From assembly GCA_051546255.1 (NCBI GenBank), contig CP128815.1:992001-1056000 (forward strand): a stretch of 64,000 bases of DNA, in the 5' to 3' direction. The notes below the pieces were generated by a model. The model searched no databases and was not told the DNA's origin. It saw only the letters and a program-made list of their open reading frames with translations. Shown in pieces: positions 1-9,102 of this stretch. The position numbers and the translations under genes are program-made. Every line of letters starts with the position of its first letter. Position 1 is the stretch's first letter. Origin of the DNA: Meyerozyma guilliermondii (taxonomy: Eukaryota).

Positions 1-1106
1 GAACCAGAAATATCACCGTTCCCGTTTTGAAGGAAGATATCAATATTACCGCCAATGGTAAGGTAAATGTTGTTAGTGGACGTGGAGGACGTTCCTCCAG
101 AACCGGATACACCGCCACTGTCTTTGGTGCTTCTGGATTTCTTGGTCGTTACTTGACATCTAAAATCGCCAAACATGGTACCTACACCATAGTGCCATTC
201 AGAGACGAAATGAAGTCTAGATTCCTCAAGGTGTCAGGAGACTTGGGAGTGGTCAATTTCGTTGAGTTTGATGCCAGAAACTTGAAATCAATCGAGGATT
301 CTGTGGCTCATTCCGATATCGTATACAACTGTATTGGTGCTGATTACAACACCAAAAACTTTTCTATGGCCGATGTCAACATTGGATTGACAGAAAGAAT
401 CACTCAGGCCGTTAAAGACGCCGGCGTCCCCCGGTTTGTTCACGTGTCCTCGTACAATGCAAACCCACAATCCGACTCGGTTTTCTATGCCACCAAGGGA
501 ATCGGTGAGCAGGTTGTTCGTGAGATTCTTCCTCAATCGACGATTGTGAGACCCGCTCCAATGTACGGACGTGAAGATACCTTGCTCAACTACTTGGGAC
601 CCAAATTGAAGATGTGGACTCCCAACAAAAATGCTAAAGAGATATACCCAGTACATGTCCTCGACGTTGCCGAGGCCTTAGAAAAGATTGGATTCGACGA
701 TAGCACCATTGGGCAAACTTACGAATTATACGGACCTGAAAAAATGAGTTTCTACGAAATTAGACAAATGATTCATGGTATCACCCAGGACTTTTCGCAA
801 GCTGGTCCATTTTCTTACAACCATGGTGACTACCAAATTCCATTGCCTTTGGCCAAGTTGGCTGCACAGCTCAAGCAGTTTGCTTACTGGAAGTTGACCA
901 ACCCTGACCAGATTCAAAGACACTTGATCGATCAAAAAATCGATGCTAGCGCCAAGACGTTCCAGGATTTGGGTCTCGAGACCACCCAGTTGGCCGATGT
1001 ATTGTTCACCTACGTCAAACAATGGAGACACCCATTGATCGCTCAAGAGGGAGCTTCGTCCACCAAAGAAAGCAAGAGATTACGCCAACTCGAGCACTTT
1101 ACATAG
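1..1106 (+). CDS. NADH:ubiquinone oxidoreductase 39/40-kDa subunit (NDUFA9-like), 5'-truncated by the window
   Basis: GRGGRSS..TATVFGASGFLGRY Rossmann motif and FYATKGIGE, typical of NDUFA9. The frame is open back to the window start and the ORF-track start is a TTG. Confidence 0.93.
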   Translation, partial: TRNITVPVLKEDINITANGKVNVVSGRGGRSSRTGYTATVFGASGFLGRYLTSKIAKHGTYTIVPFRDEMKSRFLKVSGDLGVVNFVEFDARNLKSIEDSVAHSDIVYNCIGADYNTKNFSMADVNIGLTERITQAVKDAGVPRFVHVSSYNANPQSDSVFYATKGIGEQVVREILPQSTIVRPAPMYGREDTLLNYLGPKLKMWTPNKNAKEIYPVHVLDVAEALEKIGFDDSTIGQTYELYGPEKMSFYEIRQMIHGITQDFSQAGPFSYNHGDYQIPLPLAKLAAQLKQFAYWKLTNPDQIQRHLIDQKIDASAKTFQDLGLETTQLADVLFTYVKQWRHPLIAQEGASSTKESKRLRQLEHFT

Positions 1107-1212
1107 AGTCTACGTCTTTCGTAAGCAAATGCATTAATTATCGATCGCTCGGGAATCGCCGAAAAGATAAGCGAGACCTTCTCCCTCAAAATAATTTCAC
1201 AATAAACTAGTC

Positions 1213-1767
1213 ATGAGCCTAATTCCTGCTCTGGAGCTCTCGTCGCTGCCTGAGAAGGGTAGAGTTCTCGATATGTTGTTTGAACCGTGTGATGTGCTTC
1301 GAGAATTCCTTATCTCTGCGCTCTTAAGCCATAATGAAAAATACGATTCTTATGACCAATTTATAGAAACAGCCAGGAAACTGTTACTAGATTTTCTTTT
1401 AAGCGCTGAACTCGAAGCGTCATCAGGAAAGCCATTGGACCCTCGGATTTCCAAGATTATTGCTGCACACCCTCGTCTTGGAGCTCCCAAACCATCGCAA
1501 CCAGGAGAGAAACTTTCCGAGCATTCAGCAGCAGAACAAAAGTCTCTAGCAGATGCAGCCGAACAGTTGGGATACTGGAACGAAAAGTACGAAGAAACGT
1601 TTCCTGGTCTTCGCTACGTGGTGTTTGTCAATGGAAGATCTCGCGATGTGATAATGAAAAATATGAAAGTAAGAATAGAAAGAGGAGACATTAAGAAAGA
1701 GAGAGTGGAGGCATTCAATGCTATGTGTGATATTGCCCATGACAGGGCACTGAAGGCCAAGTTGTGA
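1213..1767 (+). CDS. OHCU decarboxylase family protein (urate catabolism), probably peroxisomal
   Basis: AHPRLG, S..EQ and N..YE..FPGLRYVVFVNGR motifs. The C-terminus is AKL (PTS1). GATAAG lies about 45 bp upstream. Confidence 0.85.
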   Translation: MSLIPALELSSLPEKGRVLDMLFEPCDVLREFLISALLSHNEKYDSYDQFIETARKLLLDFLLSAELEASSGKPLDPRISKIIAAHPRLGAPKPSQPGEKLSEHSAAEQKSLADAAEQLGYWNEKYEETFPGLRYVVFVNGRSRDVIMKNMKVRIERGDIKKERVEAFNAMCDIAHDRALKAKL

Positions 1768-2655
1768 TAAAATTGGGAAGCATTCTACGCACGAGAAATC
1801 TTATCGCAATTAATGAACAAATTGAATTTATGAACAAAACTAATTGATTGTAGGAAGACAGGATCTGTTTAGGTCTGTTTGAAGAATTCATCGACAAATT
1901 GCCAGTGCCGAGAGCGAAGAACATTTTGATAGGAATAATTTATGGCCTAGTAGTCACCGATACAGCTAACTATTTTTTATAGCTGAATGGTAGTAGTCAG
2001 CAACAGATACAAGTTCCGGATTCGCAATAGTGGTAATGTCCGACTTTGCTAGATATGCTTGCAATATTCAATGTTTAAGAAAATGTTAGTAAAGGCTCTA
2101 TATACTTGACTGAAATTTGCAGCCAAAAGAAATCATTTCAGAATGTGTTCGAGGAGTTAGTCATTGAAAGTACACATATCCCAGACTAGTACAAAGTCGG
2201 TCGTAATGGTTCAAGGTTGCCATATAGAGTACGAACTGAAATTGTTACTGGCATATAAGTTCAAGCGAGTTAGCACGATATTACCAAATAATACCGGAAA
2301 GAGATTTGAATCAGAATTTTAGAATTCACTTTCCTGTTACAGCGAATATCGTCAAGAAGAATCTGCAATATCCATAAGAAGTACCATTATGATTGAGACC
2401 CTTTTCTCAAATTAATTGTGGCTCAGCTCAAAACCTATTTTCATCAATTATAACTAACTACCCACAATGGGCAACAACGCACAGCGGTACACAAAGCTGG
2501 ACAATACTCCAGGAGTCAACTCATCTCTCACCAGATTTATGTGCGAGGTTGCGTTAAATCACTGTTCTTGTCCGTATACTCGCGGCCGGGTAACACACGC
2601 CCTTGTCGAGTGAGAGATAAGTAAGGAGAAAGGAGCCCTTTAACACACGTACAAG

Positions 2656-4615
2656 ATGGTAAGTATATCAATTGAGAGGCAGTGAACAGCATATATCGGT
2701 TCCATCTAGTAGCACAAACGATATATTACCTCCATAACCATACACAAGGTCTTAGACACTAACGCAGGCTGGCGCAATGGAAAACGCCCGCAAGGAAGTC
2801 AAGCGTCTTTCCCTTGACGACAAGGAAGCTAACTATGGACAGATTTTTTCAGTTTCTGGACCGGTTATTGTGGCCGAGAATATGATTGGATGTGCCATGT
2901 ACGAGTTGGTTAAGGTTGGACATGATAATTTGGTTGGTGAAGTTATCAGAATCAATGCTGACAAGGCCACCATTCAAGTTTACGAGGAAACCGCCGGTGT
3001 AACGGTTGGTGACCCAGTGATGAGAACAGGTAAGCCATTGTCGGTGGAATTGGGTCCAGGTTTGATGGAAAACATTTATGATGGTATTCAAAGACCATTG
3101 AGAGACATTCGTGAAAAGGCAGATTCCATTTATATTCCTCGTGGTATTGACGCTCCAGCACTTTCAAGAACCGCCAAATATGATTTCAAACCGGCCGGAC
3201 TCAAAGTAGGTGACCATATTACCGGTGGTGATATCTTTGGTTCAGTCTTCGAGAACTCGTTGCTTAGTGACCACAAGATTTTGTTACCCCCTCGTGCCAG
3301 AGGTACGATCACATCGATTGCCGAGTCAGGCTCTTACACCGTCGAGGACACCGTTTTGGAAGTTGAATTCGATGGCAAGAAACATTCGTACACTATGATG
3401 CACACATGGCCCGTTCGTGTTCCTCGTCCTGTGGCTGAAAAGCTTAACGCTGACCACCCATTATTGACGGGTCAGCGTGTGTTGGACTCCTTGTTCCCTT
3501 GTGTTCAAGGTGGTACCACCTGTATTCCCGGTGCCTTTGGTTGTGGTAAGACAGTCATTTCCCAGTCCTTATCCAAGTACTCTAACTCGGATAACATTGT
3601 CTACGTGGGTTGCGGTGAAAGAGGTAACGAGATGGCCGAGGTGTTGATGGAGTTCCCCGAGTTGTTCACTGAAATTGATGGTCGTAAAGAGCCCATCATG
3701 AAGCGTACCACCCTTGTAGCTAACACCTCCAATATGCCTGTGGCTGCTCGTGAAGCTTCGATCTATACAGGTATTACCCTTGCCGAGTACTTGAGAGATC
3801 AAGGTAAGGATGTGTCTATGATTGCTGATTCTTCGTCTCGTTGGGCAGAAGCCCTTAGAGAGATTTCGGGAAGATTGGGAGAAATGCCTGCCGATCAAGG
3901 TTTCCCAGCTTACTTGGGTTCCAAGTTGGCATCTTTCTATGAGCGTGCTGGTAATGCTGTTGCCTTGGGATCTCCTAATAGAACCGGTTCGGTGTCGATT
4001 GTTGCTGCCGTATCTCCTGCTGGTGGTGACTTCTCCGATCCAGTGACAACAGCCACATTGGGTATTACGCAAGTGTTCTGGGGTTTGGATAAGAAGTTGG
4101 CCCAAAGAAAGCATTTCCCTTCCATCAATACCGCTGCCTCGTATTCCAAGTACACCAACGTTTTGGACAAGTATTATGACGAAAATTATCCAGAGTTTGC
4201 TACCTTGAGAAATAAAATCAAGGAGATGATCTCCAACGCTGAAGAATTGGATCAAGTGGTGCAATTAGTTGGTAAATCTGCTCTTTCTGATGCTGATAAG
4301 ATTACCTTGGATGTGGCCAACTTGATCAAGGAAGATTTCTTGCAGCAAAATGGTTACTCAACCTATGATGCATTCTGTCCAATTTGGAAGACCTATGCCA
4401 TGATGAGAGCGTTTGTATTGTACTACGATGAAGCTCAGAAGGCGGTTTCGAATGGTGCCCATTGGTCGAAATTGGCCGAAGAAACTGCTGATATTAAGCA
4501 TGCGGTTTCATCGTCCAAGTTCTTCGAGCCATCCAGAGGTGAGAAAGAAGCTGAAAAAGAATTTGGAAGTTTGTTAACTAGAATTTCTGAGAAGTTTGCC
4601 GAAGCGTCTGAGTAA
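2656..4615 (+). CDS. VMA1: V-ATPase catalytic subunit A, intein-free; exon 1 is the ATG (2656-2658), exon 2 is 2768-4615
   Basis: GAFGCGKT P-loop, [11 protein letters not shown] and [14 protein letters not shown]. Splicing gives [11 protein letters not shown], matching the MAGAIENARKE start of yeast Vma1. Confidence 0.97.
2659..2767 (+). other. Spliceosomal intron in VMA1 (109 nt, directly after ATG)
   Basis: GTAAGT donor, CACTAAC branch site (2757-2763), CAG acceptor. Removal restores the frame and the conserved N-terminus. Confidence 0.9.
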
Positions 4616-4697
4616 GTTACAAAAACCATTTCTTTTTACTTCTCTACAGACGTTGTTCTAGATAATCATAAAAATTTCATATAGTTGGATGTAGGTG

Positions 4698-5609
4698 TTA
4701 CCATTGGCAAAGAGATTCAATCCACGATGGATAGCAAGATGTGTCGTCGACGCTACATTGGTCCCCCAATGGACTACTTTGGAGTATTGGATATCCATAT
4801 GGAGTTAATGATAGTGAATGGCGAGCAACCGGTTGGTGCAGCATTATTGACTCTGCACCATTTTCCTCAGCTGGCGAAGTGGAGAATTGAGCATGTGGTG
4901 CTATTATCGAGTTTGAAGTGTTAGGAATGATATGAGAACCATAGAGGCATGGAGCAGAAATTGGGGCACATGTAGGAGGAGGTTGTGGGATTTTCGCAGC
5001 CATTTCAACTTGTTGCTTCTGAGGAGGTTTGAACCAATTGAAAACCAGAACGGCTCCATTTGATACCTGTTTGTTCATAGGTTCGTCTGCCTGGTACGGA
5101 TGGTTTCCTTCTAGAGTTGTAGCTCCATTTTGGGATTCGGATGGTTGCCAGCGTTGGAGGTTGAATTCTAAGTATTCACGAAGAAGCGGGCTCACGGTTG
5201 TTCCTTTTGTTCTTCTTGAATTATCAATGGTCTCTTCTACGGAAACGCTTTGTTCACCAATGATGGTACTGGGGTATATAGGACCAAAATTGTGCATTTC
5301 AGGTGGAGTTGATGGACTTATCCATAAATTTCGAACCCGATTTGAACTGGAGCTGGTGGACTCTTCGGGAGAAATATTTGCAGATATGGGACTAATCAGG
5401 GTTTCCACAGCTTTTACAGAGCCCAGCTTCAGTTTCGTGGTTTTGTTTAGTTCTTTAGTACCCACATCACAATTTGCACCCGAGCTCACGAAGCACGTAG
5501 GTGCTGATTTGTGTTTCATTGCAAGATCCAAACCAGTGTCTTCACATCCCTGTTTATCCCACAATGGCACCGAACTACTGAATATGAATGGGCTTAGAGC
5601 AGCGAACAT
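4698..5609 (-). CDS. Hypothetical Ser/Pro-rich protein (303 aa), no recognisable domain
   Basis: ATG-initiated 912-nt ORF filling the gap between VMA1 and RPL41. Coding status is unproven. Confidence 0.45.
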   Translation of the reverse strand: MFAALSPFIFSSSVPLWDKQGCEDTGLDLAMKHKSAPTCFVSSGANCDVGTKELNKTTKLKLGSVKAVETLISPISANISPEESTSSSSNRVRNLWISPSTPPEMHNFGPIYPSTIIGEQSVSVEETIDNSRRTKGTTVSPLLREYLEFNLQRWQPSESQNGATTLEGNHPYQADEPMNKQVSNGAVLVFNWFKPPQKQQVEMAAKIPQPPPTCAPISAPCLYGSHIIPNTSNSIIAPHAQFSTSPAEENGAESIMLHQPVARHSLSLTPYGYPILQSSPLGDQCSVDDTSCYPSWIESLCQW

Positions 5610-6055
5610 AATAGCCTAGGTTGCAATTGTGAACTGACATGACACAGAAGCGATGTGCAACACAGATGCGCATGCGACAGATGAAGGGAAGAGAAACGAT
5701 AAAAGGATTCAAGTTCAGAGACGAGAAGAGAATAGAAGAGGAATACTCACATATATGCGGGAATGAAAGTCTAGCCCATGGCTTAACCTTATACTTGGTA
5801 GATGGTGGCTAGTGATACTTGGATGCACCACCGGATGGTCGTTGTCGACTTTGTTCGCCAACGTCAACGTTCCAAAACTTCCACAGCAAATCTGAATTCG
5901 TACTACAGTTCACTAAACATCCAATATATTGTTCTGTGGAAATATCTATTCACAAACCATCAGTCAAGCTATAATCACGAAAGTGAAAAATTCACCTTTC
6001 ACCGACAATTCATCAATCGGTAGTTTTCACAAAACATTCAGAGGAAGCTGTCCAA

Positions 6056-6133
6056 TTACTTGGATCTAGCTCTAACCTTCCGTCTCTTTCTCTTAAGTCT
6101 TCTAACTCTCTTTTTTCTCCACTTATTTCTCAT
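6056..6133 (-). CDS. RPL41: Ribosomal protein eL41 (25 aa)
   Basis: MRNKWRKKRVRRLKRKRRKVRARSK-stop. The true ATG is at 6133, so the ORF track over-extends it. Confidence 0.97.
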   Translation of the reverse strand: MRNKWRKKRVRRLKRKRRKVRARSK

Positions 6134-6214
6134 CTTGAAAAGAAAAGTGTCTAGTGTCGACTGCGAACTTTTCGAATTTATACCAGAGAAAGTTTGCGTC
6201 CGCCATGACCGGTG

Positions 6215-6282
6215 CACGTGCGAGGGCCCAACCCTGGGGTACCTGTCAAAGAGGCACCTGTCAAAGGTACCTGTCAAAGAGG
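6215..6282. promoter_or_regulatory. RPL41 upstream region: CACGTG (Cbf1-type) plus three ACCTGTCAAAG repeats
   Basis: CACGTG at 6215-6220. ACCTGTCAAAG at 6241, 6256 and 6269. Confidence 0.6.
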
Positions 6283-6334
6283 GCTCCACCATGGTATATG
6301 TGAATGAATTCTCTATGTACACATTAACCTATCT

Positions 6335-7384
6335 TTACTCTGTAGTTTTCTTCCTTAAACGCTTGGATTCCTGATCCAAAGCCTTTTTCAAATCTTCCTT
6401 CAAATGCCCCAAATCGAAACGAGAGCACAACTGCTCAATGATGTCTTTTGTGATAATTACCTCTTCTTGTCTATCGCCTCTGTCTAAATCAAGGTTTATA
6501 CCACTCTGTTCGTATACTTCTGATAATGCTCCCATATCCTTGAAAACAAGATGTTTAGTTGCTGGAGTAGGAGTGGTATCATTTTCAAGCAAATAGTCCA
6601 AATGTTTGACTCCCAACAATGCCTTTATATGGCAATAAGCACGATATGCCAAGTAGAAACCGGGAACATTGGGCACTACAGGCACCAAAGCAAAGGGGAG
6701 AGTTAGCGGCACTCCTATCAAACATGCAATGCTATATTTGAGATGAGTAGGTCGATTGACCTCACCAAGCTCACGCAATTGATCAAGTACAAGCTGTGGT
6801 TTTTGGAACTTGGGATGAATCAAAGGGATCCGTTTGAGCTGTTCAGAGGGGATGTTGAGATTGGTGATTTCTTGTTGAACCAAAGCACCTGAATCGGTGT
6901 TGACTTTACCACGAGACACAGCTTCTTCGTTGATTTCACGTATCATCGAGTTTCGAGAGGGAAACGACCTTAAGCAGTTTTCCTCGTACGGAATGGTGTA
7001 GAGAAGCTTGTTGACATACTTGATAATGGTTTTGTTGATTTTGTTCTCCGAACTGGCCAACTTGTTCCAACCTTTCTTGGCCAAATCGGTTGCCTTGGTT
7101 TCGATTTTTGTGATCAAAGGAAACGTTTTTAGCTGTGACTTGTCGAGGATCGAAGGTCGATGGTTACAGTAAAAGTACGATCTCTTCGTGGTTATGGGAA
7201 GGGAAATAACAAATATGGAATCATGATCGATTGCACCTCGAAGTTTAGGAAGCTTGTTGGTGGTGAAGTTCTCTACAGAACTTGCTTTTCGAGCCCATAC
7301 CAAGGGTCTGAGTCCATACGCTGGGGAAGTCTTAAGCAACGGCCCTAATCTAGCGATACCATGGGCCATTAAGTGGTTTCCCAT
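6335..7384 (-). CDS. Mitochondrial K+/H+ exchange-related protein (Mit_KHE1 family, YDL183C/MRX19-like)
   Basis: IPYEE..LRSFP and PLTLPFALVPVVPNVPGFYLAYRAYCH motifs. It is adjacent to RPL41, as is YDL183C in S. cerevisiae. Confidence 0.8.
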   Translation of the reverse strand: MGNHLMAHGIARLGPLLKTSPAYGLRPLVWARKASSVENFTTNKLPKLRGAIDHDSIFVISLPITTKRSYFYCNHRPSILDKSQLKTFPLITKIETKATDLAKKGWNKLASSENKINKTIIKYVNKLLYTIPYEENCLRSFPSRNSMIREINEEAVSRGKVNTDSGALVQQEITNLNIPSEQLKRIPLIHPKFQKPQLVLDQLRELGEVNRPTHLKYSIACLIGVPLTLPFALVPVVPNVPGFYLAYRAYCHIKALLGVKHLDYLLENDTTPTPATKHLVFKDMGALSEVYEQSGINLDLDRGDRQEEVIITKDIIEQLCSRFDLGHLKEDLKKALDQESKRLRKKTTE

Positions 7385-7692
7385 ATGAGCAGTTCAATGG
7401 CAAAAGTCGCACATGCACACCCTCAAGCTGCGAAAGCAACGACGCAGCAACAAAGAGAAGAGTGAAAAGTGAAGTGAATAAAGAGGTGACAAAAAATTGG
7501 GAAGAGAACGTGAAAAAGTGAAGAAGTTTATGACCGAGATCTCTTAACCATTATATACAATGATACTAAACTCATTTTTTTCTGTAATACTTCTTGTTTT
7601 TCCTCCTTCCTTTCTCGTCTGTTTTGCCGCGGCGCACCGTTCGCCAATGCAGGATATTCATGTTTGCGTTCCGGGAAATTGCTTCAATAGTG

Positions 7693-8907
7693 ATGGCCGA
7701 TGATACCCACGACAGCGCCCATGGCGTCTCAGACAGCTCTAATGGAGACCATTCTGCAAGCAAGAACAACAGCATACTCAACAAATCTTCTCATCGACAT
7801 CTAAACCCTTTTGAGCATTCTAACGTCCATTCGTATAGTCACCGGGCAAACATCGTGCCTCCATATGTGCTCGATAAACTCGAACAAGCTCACTATAAGG
7901 AACAGTTGAGCAATAACAACGTCAACAACAACCAGTCAGATATCAATCCTTCGATAAAAACTGTCCATTCAAAACCTGATGACGACGAACAATATCTCAG
8001 TTTTGCCAATGATCCATTTGTGAAGACGGTCCGGAACAACTGGCACGATTTTCTCTCGTCTGTCCAACAACCGACGGCTTTCGCCAAAGATGAATTGGAA
8101 TACGACACCAACTTGAGCAAGGAGTATGACTTGAAAGGTGCATGGGGAGGAGAAGAGCGTCTTCGACTGGCACTCTTGGGGTCGTCGTCTTCTACTGAGG
8201 AACAAACTCGAGGTGCTGCAGAGGGAGCTGGTCTCCTTTGTGGGTTGGGAGGGTTCTTTAGCAAGCCCTTGCCTGTAGAACTCGATTCGGAAAAAGCGAG
8301 GGTTCGGTCTAAAGCGAGATATTGGATGAGTGATGAAAAGCGAGCAGATGTCTTACCGACAATGAAACGTCTCTTTATTCACAACCCTTTGGTACCTTTG
8401 CTTTTGCGTATCCTTATCCTCATCTTCTCGGTGTGTGCTTTAGCTCTCGCTTGTACCATTTACACCAAATCCAGACAAAAGTATAAAGGCTCTGCCATTG
8501 AACAACAACCCAGTACCATCATGGCATTGGTAGTTCAATGCGTAGCTATCGTTTATGTGATTTATATCGCCTACGACGAGTACAGCGGCAAGCCATTGGG
8601 TATCAGGAACCCATTGGGCAAAATGAAGCTCATTATGCTTGATCTTTTGTTCATCATTTTCATGTCGGCCAACCTTTCTCTCACATTCAATACCCTATAC
8701 GACGACGAATGGGTATGCCAAAACGATAATACTCCACAACTAGCCCAGCTTGGAATCTACTACCCGTCCGTATCCTCCATCTGTCGTCGCCAAAGGGCAT
8801 TGGCTGCTTTCTTATTTATGGTTCTTTGTCTTTGGGTCCTCACATTCACCATTAGTATAGTGCGAGTGGTGGACCGGGTGAGCCTGGCAAATCCTCGCCG
8901 TGACTAA
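7693..8907 (+). CDS. SRF1: Regulator of phospholipase D, 4-TM protein
   Basis: VPPYVLD, YDEYSGKPLG.R, LDLLFIIF.SANLSL and ICRRQRAL. Synteny with RPL41 and CDC53. The start at ATG 7693 is inferred. Confidence 0.82.
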   Translation: MADDTHDSAHGVSDSSNGDHSASKNNSILNKSSHRHLNPFEHSNVHSYSHRANIVPPYVLDKLEQAHYKEQLSNNNVNNNQSDINPSIKTVHSKPDDDEQYLSFANDPFVKTVRNNWHDFLSSVQQPTAFAKDELEYDTNLSKEYDLKGAWGGEERLRLALLGSSSSTEEQTRGAAEGAGLLCGLGGFFSKPLPVELDSEKARVRSKARYWMSDEKRADVLPTMKRLFIHNPLVPLLLRILILIFSVCALALACTIYTKSRQKYKGSAIEQQPSTIMALVVQCVAIVYVIYIAYDEYSGKPLGIRNPLGKMKLIMLDLLFIIFMSANLSLTFNTLYDDEWVCQNDNTPQLAQLGIYYPSVSSICRRQRALAAFLFMVLCLWVLTFTISIVRVVDRVSLANPRRD

Positions 8908-9102
8908 GACTTAGAGTACAGCTAGAGCAATAAAGTTCAACTAAGAGTATAGGTAGACATCTTAAATCTACTTCTTCATATCTTCACATGTTCACATCTT
9001 CATTTATTCCCTTCCTCTTCCAGTCCCAGTGGGACTGGGACCTGAGGTCGTGTGCTCACCGCTGATCCATATGTGAACCAGACGTCGTTGCCGCTCATTA
9101 CC

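Noticed and set aside
1768..2655. Long AT-rich gap as a possible LTR or transposon relic
   Set aside because: No TG...CA boundaries with target-site duplication, no terminal repeats and no transposon-like ORF.
3569..4264. Long antisense or alternate-frame ORFs over VMA1, and similarly over AFG3, SSE1 (41211-41864), NOG1, EF-1gamma and the RRM gene
   Set aside because: Shadow ORFs expected from codon bias in conserved genes. They show no recognisable motifs and many have non-ATG starts.
5745..5750. GTGAGT donor-like sequence upstream of the orphan ORF on the minus strand
   Set aside because: No convincing CTAAC branch site with a nearby AG downstream.
5961..6016. TGATGA...CTGA pair downstream of RPL41 resembling a C/D snoRNA
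   Set aside because: Too short, with no rRNA complementarity I can recognise. Better explained as 3'UTR.
6238..6282. Short direct repeats as a CRISPR array or interstitial telomere
   Set aside because: Eukaryotic locus with units too short and lacking spacers. The telomere repeat of this species is unknown to me, so any resemblance is unsupported.
6134..6322. ORF-track N-terminal extension of RPL41 (88 aa)
   Set aside because: eL41 is a 25-aa protein, and the extension crosses promoter elements.
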